Source: Podarcis tiliguerta (lineage: Eukaryota). Taken from it: DNA of 64,000 nt. Below are positions 35,901-46,512 of the stretch, piece after piece (the first letter of the stretch is position 1; every line of letters starts with the position of its first letter). The translations under genes were made by a program, and so were the position numbers. The DNA lies in assembly GCA_965153285.1 (NCBI GenBank), contig OZ229118.1; one strand, written 5' to 3'. The notes under the pieces are model-generated. The model saw only the letters and a program-made list of their open reading frames with translations. It made no database searches and had not been told where the DNA came from.

Positions 35901-38900
35901 GCACAAACATGTGGTGGGACAGCAGAATGCTTAAAAAAATTTTTTTAGTTCTTACCTTTATGTATTAGTTATATTTTTGTAATTGGGTATCTCAAAGTGA
36001 CTTACACAACAAAAATAGAAAAAAGGAGAGACTTTAAAATCATACATAAAAATAGCATTAAATGAAAACTTAAACACTGCTGTCTATTTTGAATAGATTT
36101 ATATTGGGATTGGAATGTAAGAACCATGTGTGAAAATGACACATTTAGCAGTATGGCAGTTTGATCATATCAGCCAGCCATCAATCTCTAATCAGGGTAA
36201 TAATTCCTGACTCTCGTGCTGGACCAGATAGGCAGATGTCATCTACAAACATCTGAAGTGCTTGTCCAGGAGATAAAGCAGAAGTCAAATCTTGATCATG
36301 GCTTATAACATATTAGTATTTATTTTTTCTATTGTACCCTCCATATATATGCGGCTAAGTCCTACTCCTCCTGCCAACCTAGCAGTTCGAGAGCACGTCA
36401 AAGTGCAAGTAGATAAATAGGTACCACTCCGGCAGGAAGGTAAACTGCGTTTCCGTGCGCTGCTCTGGTTCGCCAGAAGCGGCTTAGTCATGCTGGTCAC
36501 ATGACCCGGAAGCTGTACGCCGGCTCCCTCGGCCAATAAAGCGAGATGAGCGCCGCAACCCCAGGGTCGGTCACGACTGGACCTAACGGTCAGGGGTCCC
36601 TTTACCTTTAAGTACTACTGAGGGTAGATCCGCTGAAATTAATGAACCTAAATTGGTCGTGTCCATTAATTTCAGTGGGTCTACTCTGGATAAGTGTTAT
36701 TAACACTGATGCTGTTTTACAAAGAATGAGAGGTCAGTTCTCTGCCTCAAGGCGCTTCCAATCTAAAGAAATGCACAAAGGATGCAGTAGAGGAATGCGA
36801 GGGCAGTGGGAGTCAGTGTCGGATTACTAGTCTATTGGGTGAAAAAAGTCTACTGTGTACTATGTACTGACACAATAAATGCTCTTTTATTCTGTTAGCA
36901 GTTTTTTTAAAAAAAGTATAAATGAATTTGTTTTTTTCCCCAGATAACCAGAATGTAATTTCTCAATACAACAAGGAGGTTGAAGAGCACTACACTTTCA
37001 TCAAAGATAACCTAGACAACAACATCCCAACTAACCTGCGACTTCTTCGTTCAGTTGTGGATAGTTTGCAAAAGAAAATACAAGAGCTGCAAAAAACTGT
37101 CATTTCTCAGTTGCAAGAATGTCGCACTCCCTGTACTGTTTCATGCAACATACCTGTGGTGTCGGGCAAAGGTAATCTCTCTCTTCCCTGACTTGTTTTG
37201 CTCCATAGTTTGACAGGTGCACAGGCAGCCTTGAGGGTGCCACTGGCGCATTCACAGAGACCCTTACACCGCACTGTCATCTCCAATGAGGCATCTCTTG
37301 TGACCACCAAATAATGAGCAGGGCAATCTGACCCCCAGCTATAGCTTCTGCGTCCATTGTGGCTGGTGATGGTCTGGCTACAGCAGCCCTGTAACTTCAT
37401 CCCAAGGTCTATAACAGTGACAGGGAATATGTGGTCTTCCAGTTGTTGTTGGATTCTCAGATCCCATCATCCCTGACCAGCATGGCCAACTTGCCTGCTG
37501 CTCTCCTCTCCTTCCTTTCTTCCCAATTGGTCGATGGCCCTCGTGGTAATTGGTTCACTGACATGCCGGCTTAAGCTAATGAAAATCTCTTATTACCTCA
37601 TTCTACTGAGGGAACCTTGTATTTTAATAAAATGGGTGGAGGAAAGACTTTTCACATCAGTAGGATCCCCAAAAGTATTGGGTGTGGACCCTAAACACAA
37701 AGACCCTATGAAAACTCCATGTTTGAGGGATGTGAGTGGGACAGTACAGGTACTCGATTTAATTCATCCTTTAGAAAGCAAGTGGGAGGTGGTAAACAGT
37801 TTTACGCCAGTGTGTAATTGGTTCTGCTAATACTAGGCTATTGAGGGGAGGAAAAGATTTTTGTAGCTTGCTCAGCAATATATATCATGGCTTTCTGATT
37901 GCAGAGTGCGAAGACATAATTCGGAAAGGAGGTGAAACATCTGAGATGTATCTCGTCCAACCGGATCCTTTTTTCAAACCATACAGAGTTTATTGTGACA
38001 TGAAAACGGACAATGGAGGTGAGTTGGGCCAGTGCCCCACAGGAGCTCCTTGGTGATTTCCAGGACCCCTTGCCCTTCCCCATCTGTGCTGCTACTTCCT
38101 GTTCATCTGCCCCTTCCAGGATGCAAACAGAGATAAGAGCAAGGTGAGGGAGCTGTAGCCTCCACTTGCCTTCTAGGCAGTGGTGTGGGTTGGTCCCAGA
38201 GGGAGAGAACAAGTCCAAGTGACAGTGGCAAGGAGAGAGGGAAGGCTATTCAGGGAGAAGACTCATTGAAGCTGCCCATTTGAAGCTGCTACTATGTTGA
38301 GTAAAGAGAACCAAAGAGTGGCAAAGAAATTTGCACCAACTGTATTACACCTGCAGCTTTTGCGTTAACAAGAAAACAGTTACAGCCTGTCAACTTAACT
38401 TTGAAATTAAGTATTTGGTAGTTAAGTATGATGCACATTCTCTCAAACTACAGCTGGAATTCAATTCTGAGAAGATTCCCTAACCTACCCCCAGTAGCCT
38501 ATGTGTTATGGATACGATCACATCAAAGTTTAGCACTTTGAAATCTCATGTGCCACCCTTGATGTGAACAAATATTTTTAGAGTATAGTTGCATATTTTG
38601 GTATTAAATATCCTGCCCATCTCGAGATGGGCAAGGTAAAAAATCTCAGGTTATAATCCAGAGAGTGGGCATCTGACCCCATGAGAAATCAATTGCTAAA
38701 ATCTCATTATTTCTAAGAGGTATTGTTCTGTTACACAAGCAATGATCCACTGACAAGTTCTGCTATTGAAATGATATGAGAATGTCCAAATAGACAGTGC
38801 ATGTCCTTTAGATAGAGGTGCAGCTATTTATTTTACTGAAGTCTTCTATATACCAGTACATTCAGACACACTGAGACACAAATTACTGAGGCCATTTTGA

Positions 38901-41088
38901 TGATACACTAAAATGACCTGTGCCAGCATTTTTCTTCTTCTTCTTTCCTTTGTTTGGTTAATGACTGGTGATTTTTGCACCCTTTTACCTTTTCCAGGCT
39001 GGCTTCTTATTCAAAACCGCCAAGATGGCAGTGTTAACTTTGGAAGAACATGGGATTCCTATAAAAAGGGGTTTGGAAATGTTGCATCCAGTGGTGGAAA
39101 GAACTATTGTGACACCCCTGGTAAGAATCTTGACTCTGAGCAGCTTCTTATTAATGGAACTATTATCAGCTGCTTTTGCTGGTGAAGAATGTGAGAGGAC
39201 ATATTGCAACTTGGGAGTTGCATGACTTCTTAGTGGTAGAGCATCTGCTGTGTACGTGGAAGGCTTCAAGTTCATTCTCCAGCTTCTCTGGGTAGGGTTG
39301 GGGGAGTCCCCTGCCAAAAACCCTGGACAGAGGCTGCCAATCAGTGTAGACAGCACTGAGCAAAGTGGGTCAATAGTCCCACTCGGTATAATGTATCTTC
39401 CTATGTACTTGCAGCTACATGGCTGTGTTAATGAATCATCATTACAACATTTCTCAAAGTTGAGTCTCCAGCTGTTATTGGACTATAGCTCCCATCATCC
39501 CTAGCTAGCAGGACCAGTGGTCAGGGATGATGGGAGTTGTAGTCCAACAACAACTGGAGACCCAGGTTTGATAAACACTGCCACCTTAATGCCTGCCACT
39601 TTTGACTACCTTTGCTTCCTTTTTGTATCGATGCATGAAGTTTGTACAGCAAAACAGTGTCAAGAAGTGTTTTCTGTAGCTGTCTTAACAGTCTCTGAAC
39701 TTTCCTCTTACATAAATCAATAAAAGACTGTTGGTTGCATTGGAGTGATTAGAAGAGCAGGGATAAGCAAGATTTCTCTGTTTCTGTTGTTAAAAAAAAT
39801 GACATATGGTTTTAACTCATTGTCCAGCTAGGTGTTCTCATAATTCTTGGAACTGCCTTGTTTGGTTCAGGTTTTACAGATTTAGGACAAAGAATAGATT
39901 CCTTAAAACCCCTTCTGAAGATCTCTTTAGCCAATGTGTTTTCATTATCCCACAGGTGAATATTGGCTCGGAAATGACAAAATCAGCCAGCTTACCAAAA
40001 TGGGACCCACTGAACTTCTAATCGAACTGGAAGACTGGAATGGTGATAAGGTTAAAGCACACTATGGAGGATTCAGCATTCAGGGGGAAGCAAACAAGTA
40101 TCAGCTCTCAGTTAGTAACTACAGGGGCACAGCTGGAAACGCCTTGTTAGAAGGAGCCTCGCAGCTGTATGGCGAAAACCGAACCATGACAATCCACAAT
40201 AGCATGTTCTTCAGCACTTTCGACAGAGACAATGATGGCTGGTATGTGTATGCGTTTGCACTTGGTTTGCTACTGTACTCTGGCACACACATTTGGGACA
40301 CATTTGGGTATGACTAAAGATGAATTGCTTCCTTTGCAACTCTTGATGTTGCACGACTGCATCCTGTTGGGCTGACATAGTTTATTACCATTGCAATAAA
40401 TGAACACCAATGGCTGATGGGCACACAGATACATCTGTCAGGCTTTGGGAGGGGCGTATTTCTAATTCAGGGGGAGCTACTTTTGGTTAGACATGTATAG
40501 GATCATGCTGTCAGGCTGGAACAGATTATAAAAAGTATCCTAGTGTTAAGAGTTATAAGCTATATAATTTATATAAGTCATCATTCGGAGAACCATAGGA
40601 TGATCTCCTGGGTGATTAATAGAGATTACTTTGTCCAAGGAAGATACAGCTATTACTGGGTTCACAATTACATTTATTATGGTTGTAATTATCATTACTA
40701 TTACTATTAATTTAAATCTATTACCCACCCTTCACCAGGGCAAATTCAGAATTGAAAACAGTTAATAACATAAATTAATATATGTTGGATTTGCAGATTA
40801 TGCATTTACTTTTTTATTGGTGCATGTAAAATATACCTTTTGTATATTTCACCCCGCAGGCCAAATCCAGACCCAAAGAAACAGTGTTCCAAAGAAGACG
40901 GTGGTGGTTGGTGGTACAATCGTTGCCATTCCGCCAATCCAAATGGCAGATACTACTGGGGTGGGCATTATACCTCAGAAATGGCAAAACACGGAACAGA
41001 TGATGGCATGGTATGGATGAATTGGAAAGGGTCCTGGCATTCACTGAAGAAAGCCAGCATGAAGATTAGACCAATCATCCAAGAATAA
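32890..41088 (+). CDS. FGB: Fibrinogen beta chain, complete multi-exon gene
   Basis: Exons 32890-32973 (in-frame upstream ATGs at 32869 and 32875), putative micro-exon 33199-33219, 34626-34832, 35573-35756, 36944-37171, 37905-38018, 38998-39120, 39956-40241, 40860-41088. 491 aa with the micro-exon, 484 without. Signal peptide, DY-containing fibrinopeptide B, DAR|GHRP knob B, CPTGC ring, FReD domain ([14 protein letters not shown] sequon, [10 protein letters not shown]). Confidence 0.97.
32996..33019. repeat. (AAT)n microsatellite, FGB intron 1
   Basis: Seen directly. Confidence 0.9.
33199..33219 (+). CDS. FGB: Putative FGB 21-nt micro-exon (ATTTAAP) within fibrinopeptide B
   Basis: Branch-like TGCTAAT at 33156-33162, about 30-nt pyrimidine tract, TAG|GCAACCACAACCGCAGCTCCG|GTAAGA; phase 0-0, frame-preserving. 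Confidence 0.7.
34626..34832 (+). CDS. FGB: FGB exon (thrombin site, knob B)
   Basis: DDGDGVDAR|[19 protein letters not shown]...[13 protein letters not shown]. Confidence 0.93.
35573..35756 (+). CDS. FGB: FGB exon (disulfide ring, coiled coil)
   Basis: [22 protein letters not shown]... Confidence 0.94.
35865..35882 (+). promoter_or_regulatory. CTCF-like motif in an FGB intron
   Basis: TGACCACCAGAGGGCACA matches the CTCF core CCAC/GNAG[AG]GGGC[AG]C. Confidence 0.5.
36367..36608 (+). mobile_element. Sauria SINE, 5'-truncated, in an FGB intron
   Basis: Body and ACCTTT tail match the other copies; near-TSD TAAGTCCTACT/TAAGTACTACT. Confidence 0.85.
36944..37171 (+). CDS. FGB: FGB exon (coiled coil)
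   Basis: [16 protein letters not shown]...[17 protein letters not shown]. Confidence 0.94.
37905..38018 (+). CDS. FGB: FGB exon (FReD)
   Basis: [37 protein letters not shown]. Confidence 0.94.
38998..39120 (+). CDS. FGB: FGB exon (FReD)
   Basis: [40 protein letters not shown]. Confidence 0.94.
39956..40241 (+). CDS. FGB: FGB exon (FReD)
   Basis: [29 protein letters not shown]...[10 protein letters not shown]. Confidence 0.95.
40860..41088 (+). CDS. FGB: FGB terminal exon
   Basis: [35 protein letters not shown]...[10 protein letters not shown]. Confidence 0.95.
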
Positions 41089-41101
41089 TGATGGTTATTT
41101 A

Positions 41102-41234
41102 AATAAACAGTGGCAATTTTTGTGTGCTCATATCTGTTTCATGATATATTTGAGCCTAACTTTGCATTAAAACATTAACCGGCAAACACACGCACTCTGC
41201 CATGTTTATGTTGGTTAAATGCGCTGTGAATAAA
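41102..41234 (+). terminator. FGB polyadenylation signals
   Basis: AATAAA at 41102-41107 and 41229-41234. Confidence 0.6.
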
Positions 41235-43040
41235 AGCAGAAGTGTTATACAGGCAATTCGCATCTTACACTTATTTTACTTACGTGATCACAGCTTTGTG
41301 CAGATGGGGATGGGAGGGAAATAAATAAAGGGAGAGGGGAAGAAAACCCACTCTTCATTTATTTCCCTTCCCCGAAGGTGAGCAAGGTTCCAAGCTTTGG
41401 GAATTTGCAGGAGAGCTCGGGGACACTGCCAGAACCTTTGCACAACCTTCCCAAAGCCAAGTAAGAAACCCTCCACCTTGCAGGGGTGGTAATTCCAGGG
41501 GTTCCTGGCTTGGATTAACCTCATTGAAATAGTTTGCAAACATCATGTGATACATTTGTGACAGATAGGCAACACAAAAACCTTTTAAATACCTCATACT
41601 TCCTCTACAGTATTGACATTTTCTGCTCCAATAACTTCATTTCTTTCTTACAGGAGTTCTTACACATACCCTTGACCTTAAGGTCCCAGGGCAAGTTGCA
41701 AGACCGTCACACGGTTTAAAATAAGATAAAAGAATTTACATGAAAATCTAATACAATGTTAAGTATTATATAATTTAAATCACACCTCACAGCTGTCAAA
41801 GGCCAGGGTAATGAGCTGCGAAAAAAGCTGTACTGTAAAGAAGCCAGCTGCATCTTTGTGTGGAGGGAATTCCACAACTTCTCCATTCAAAAGTAGATTC
41901 AAAGTAGATTCAAAGTGACGAAATGAGTTCTTGTCTCAAATTCTGTGGGAAAAGCTTCACAACATAAGAGGTCCTGCTGGATTTGTCCAGTGTTCCATTG
42001 AGTCCAGCATTCTTTTCCCAGAAGTCAGCCAGAGGCTTCTGGGAAGCAAACTGAGCTGCTGAGTTAATTAAATAAATAAATGGGTACTTAACTCACCTTG
42101 ATGCTTCTTCAGCTGGGTCTCCCTGCTTGCAGACGTCTGATAGGCACCTGATGGCCACTCTGATAACAGGATACGGGGCTAGATGGGCCACTGGCCTGAT
42201 CCAGCAGAGATCCTATTATGTTTGGCGACAGAGGTATACTGTCTCTGAACACGGGTGTGTAAACTGCCCTGTGGTCTCTTGATGACAGGCAGTATATAAA
42301 TTTAATAAATGATAGTAATAAAAATAATTCCAATAAGTGATTTTTCTTTACTTTTATTATTTTGTCTTCAAGCTACTTTTTACCCAACTTCCTTTTAATC
42401 ACCTGAGACCAGAACCACCCTTGCACAGTTTGCACTAAAAACGTCTAATGCACATCAGGACATTTTGAATGTGACCTCGCTGAAGTGTATTGTCACCAAA
42501 CAGTTAACATTTGTCCGGTTAGACATTTCCCTGCAGAAGTCTGCCTTTCCTGACAAAACAGGGCTGTGACTATAATTATGCTACGCAGCTAACAAGAAAC
42601 AATTGATACTGGGCTATCAATGCTTTCTCTGGTTGACTACAAAACAAGAGTCCTTTTAGTTCACAGTCCCCTGTTCAGTATGTCCTTACCCTCTAGCTAT
42701 GTGGGGCCCTCCAAATAGCTAATGGTCAGGGATGTTGGGAATTGTAGTCAAACAACACCTGAAGGGCACCACATTGGCTACCCCAGGCTAAGAACTTGCA
42801 GATGTGTTTTTATCCTTGTCACCGGTAGTTGTACTAAGAGAGAGGTCACCAGCTTTTTTGGTCCAGCGGCACATTTTGAATATTGAGCAAGTGCTATGGA
42901 TGTTAATCACAAAATAACTGCCATGGGGTGTGGCATAACACAAAATGGCTGCCATGGAAGGTGCATGGCGGAATACAAAATGGCTGCCATCAGAGGATGG
43001 CATAACACAAAATTAGAGAGAGAGAGTGGGCATTGCTGTT

Positions 43041-43110
43041 CCTATGAGACTGAAAATGGGCTGGTCTGCGTACCCTTCAAGCCCTCTGATTACTCTCTCA
43101 AAGTTGTTAG
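43041..43110 (+). pseudogene. 70-bp inverted duplicate of the FGA exon 6 3' coding segment
   Basis: 66/70 identical to the reverse complement of 45249-45318 ([22 protein letters not shown] vs [22 protein letters not shown]). Confidence 0.9.
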
Positions 43111-43350
43111 CATGGTGTAGTGGTTAAGAGCAGTAGACTCGTAATCTGGTGAACCAGGTTCACGTCCCCACTCCTCCACATGCAGCTGCTGGGTGACCTT
43201 GGGCTAGTCACACTTCTCTGAAGTCTCTCAGCCCCACTCACCTCACAGAGTGTTTGTTGTGGGGGAGGAAGGGAAAGGAGAATGTTAGCCGCTTTGAGAC
43301 TCCTTCGGGTAGTGATAAAGCGGGATATCAAATCCAAACTCTTCTTCTTC
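43111..43350 (+). mobile_element. tRNA-derived squamate SINE (Squam3-like)
   Basis: A-box-like TGGTGTAGTGGTTAAG, CORE-like GCTGGGTGACCTTGGGCTAGTCAC, (CTT)n tail; family name from memory. Confidence 0.75.
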
Positions 43351-45024
43351 CCACTACGCCACCCTGGAAACCTCATGCTTAGCCTGAGAAGTCAGTCACA
43401 TCCTCCTGATGCCAACTATGGGGATCACACAATATTGATTCTACATATATACCCAGATGCTGTTGCCATTTAACAACACCAAGGATCATTCCCTAGTACC
43501 AGAAAAAATATGCAAGGTGACCACACCACACTTCCTCGCTTACACACGCAGTACGCACAAGCACTCGCCACACACAGACCAGTCACCCACTTCACATAAG
43601 CATCTTTCCTCGCTCTCTCTGCTCAAGTGCACCTCTCTCACAGAGATCATACGCTCACAGAGACCTCCCCATTCTCTCTCTCACACACACACTGCATATT
43701 TCCCCTCACATGTTAACTTTCTAAATACAGAGAGTTTCTGATGTCGGGGAGTATTGAGCTGTTTGATTCTCCCACCTTCATTTTTAACTGATAAGAGATC
43801 CTGGAGAAGCTTTTTCTATTTAAGTGTATTGGTGGATCAACACAGATGCTCCTATAATTGTCTGGCTAGCAAGCATGGGTTATCACTAATGGGAGCCTTT
43901 TTACTAATGCTATTTGCAGTGCATTGGGTGAATTTTTCAGGCCTATTGCCAGGGATGGGAGGGTTATGCATCTCATGCTGCAGTCCCAATAAAAACCAGG
44001 GGCCTCCATGGCTGGTGGTAAATAATAAAAACCAGACATGGCTGGTGACTGGGCAATTAAAGTAACATCTATTTTGTCCCTTAAAAGGCTTCTCTTCCAA
44101 CATTTAGAGACCCGGGATCAACTCCATTTGTTCTACAGCTGCTTTTAATTCTGTTTTGATCGCCTCAGCCTTGCTTTCACCAAACTAATTTATATAGTTC
44201 AAAACAAATCCACCTTTGAAAGTTATTCTGTTATTAGTAAATTAACTGACTAGGCAATGCATGGCAAATGGGCTTGTAAACCCTCATCTATTGTTGTTTC
44301 AGGCCTGATCACTGCATGGAGAGTGGGGTGGGGGGCAATATTTATGAAGATGGTTAACCCTCCCCTCCTCGGCTGTGGTCTTCATTAAGACCACCACCTC
44401 TCCAGCAACTAAGCTTGAAAAAAGCTGTGGGAGAAAAGGGAAATTTACAGATATGCCTCTGCACACACTGGTTTTGTTGATTGTTGTATTGATGAAGACT
44501 GCTGCTTGAGGCAAAAGAAAAGATGGTCCCCTCCACCCCATTCCATTTTCAAAAGCCAACCAGACTGGCATCCTTCAACACTGATGATGGGGCAGCATGG
44601 GACACCTGAGGGAAGCAGGCTAGCTTAGTGGGGGCAGGGTGCACTCATGAGCATCTGCTGACTGAGACTGCTGCCTCAGTCTCTTGAATAATAGGGTCAG
44701 CCCTGATACGTGTGCCTACTTTGTCCTTGCTTGCTTTGACCATGCCCACTTTTGTTTTGGGCCCACCCACCACTGGCATGCGAAGACCTTGGAAAGTTGG
44801 CAATGAGGGAATGAAATCCTTAGGCTGAAAAATGGTTCTCCATTTATGACTTAAATACTGTAGATTATTTTTCTTTGCTCAGCCAGTACTGGTTTTTCAA
44901 GGGAATGGTTTTGAATTTGATCTCAGTGTGTAATGTGCGTTGTTTAATACTACATTTGTTATGGAACTTTAAAGATACAAATGGCTTAACTGAGGAAGAC
45001 ATCCCCAACAGACATTTTATAATA

Positions 45025-45094
45025 TTTATTTGTGCTGTTGTTTGTAAATAACTTAAACACACCAGAAATGTATTTTTGAGTGAACCCATTTATT
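45025..45094 (-). terminator. FGA alpha-E poly(A) signals
   Basis: AATAAA on the minus strand at 45089-45094 and 45025-45030. Confidence 0.55.
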
Positions 45095-45217
45095 TTATAG
45101 GCAGTTGCATTCAGTTGTTTTGGATAATAAAAAAAAACGCACACACAATCAGACATACACTACATAATGTTGAGGTATATATAATTTTGGAAGTTATTGT
45201 TCTTGCTGCTTTGATAT

Positions 45218-45921
45218 CTAGAGTGTCTCTATAGGCCGAATTTTCAATCTAACAACTTTGAGAGAGTAATCAGAGGGCTTGAAGGGCACCCAGACCACCC
45301 CATTTTCAATCTCATAGGGAGCGTTGTTCCTTGGGTCATACTGACCTCCTGAGTAGTAAATTCCATTGAGATTAGCAGCTTGGCAATTATTGTACCACCA
45401 GCCACCTCCATATATCTCAGCACAGTTCTCCTCCCATTGGTCGTTGTCTCTATCAAAAGTACTAAATTTCATGTTATTGTGTGTGGTGTATTCAACCCCA
45501 TCTTCCTCTGAACCCCTGATAAGAGCATCGCCTGCTGTCCCCTCATAATCAGAGACACTGAGCCTATAGCCTTCTTCTTCAGAGCTTATGTGTATGTTAT
45601 ATTCTGCATAACCTTTATTGCCCTCCCAGTCCTCTACTTCGACTCGAAGGACAGTGTCCCTCTGGGTCAGGAGATGGAGATTTTCATTGCCCAACCAGAA
45701 CTCTCCTTTCCCATCCACGCTGCCAAAACCATTCTTGTAGTCTTCCCAGGTCCGGTTAAAATTCAGCGCCCCATCCAATCTCTGTTGGATCAGAAGCCAT
45801 CCTCCCAAAGTGGTCTCTTGGTCGCAATAAACTGAAAAAACCTTAGTGGTTCCTGCTGGCTTGATTCTGAAAATGCCACTTTGGGCACCAGAAGTGTGTT
45901 TCTGGTGGATATCCTCACAGT
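45218..45921 (-). CDS. FGA: FGA exon 6 (alpha-E C-terminal FReD domain)
   Basis: [18 protein letters not shown]...[12 protein letters not shown]...[16 protein letters not shown]...IRPIETL*. Confidence 0.95.
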
Positions 45922-46481
45922 CTAAAAAAACAAAGTTGATCTGGTTGACAGAAGTTTTCGGTTAAGCTTTATTACAAGGTCACAGGAATCCAAACAGTAA
46001 TCATGCTCAAGTCAACTGGCTACACTTAATTTGGGGCTGCAGTGGAACGAATCCTTGTACTCTCCCCCCACCCCAAACTGATTGCTTACATGCACATTTT
46101 CATTACCCATGACGTTAGGTACACAACTGCCTTGTTCTCCAATTACTCATGGCGAGAAACCATGTCCCCCACCTTTCCAAAATGGCAACCAACAGACACA
46201 TTGCTCTTATTATTTAAACAATGGCATGGATTGCACTCGCTTAACCTGTGTGTCAGTTTGGTTGCACACTTCACTGCTGCTCCCTCAATAATTATTTTCC
46301 ATGCAGTGGGTGGGTACCTGTCCCGGTGTAGCTTTCTCCCTGCTTCACTCCTCCTGCACTCAAGCTGCGTGCATGAAAATCAGGTCTGTCTTCTCCACTC
46401 TCGTCATGTTGCAGCTCAACTGATGGGATTTTTATTGACTTGGTTTCGAAAGTGGAGCCCCCTTTGTTGAAGCCGCTAGAA

Positions 46482-46512
<31 letters not shown>

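Noticed and set aside
42896-43120. 74-aa ORF ending in a fibrinogen-like peptide, as a possible new gene
   Set aside because: Only 23 codons derive from the duplicated FGA fragment (including a W->C change); the rest is repeat-derived. Treated as a duplication fragment.
43111-43175. tRNA-like A/B boxes here and at about 28660 and 39225
   Set aside because: These are heads of tRNA-derived SINEs; no cloverleaf or Pol III terminator consistent with a real tRNA gene.
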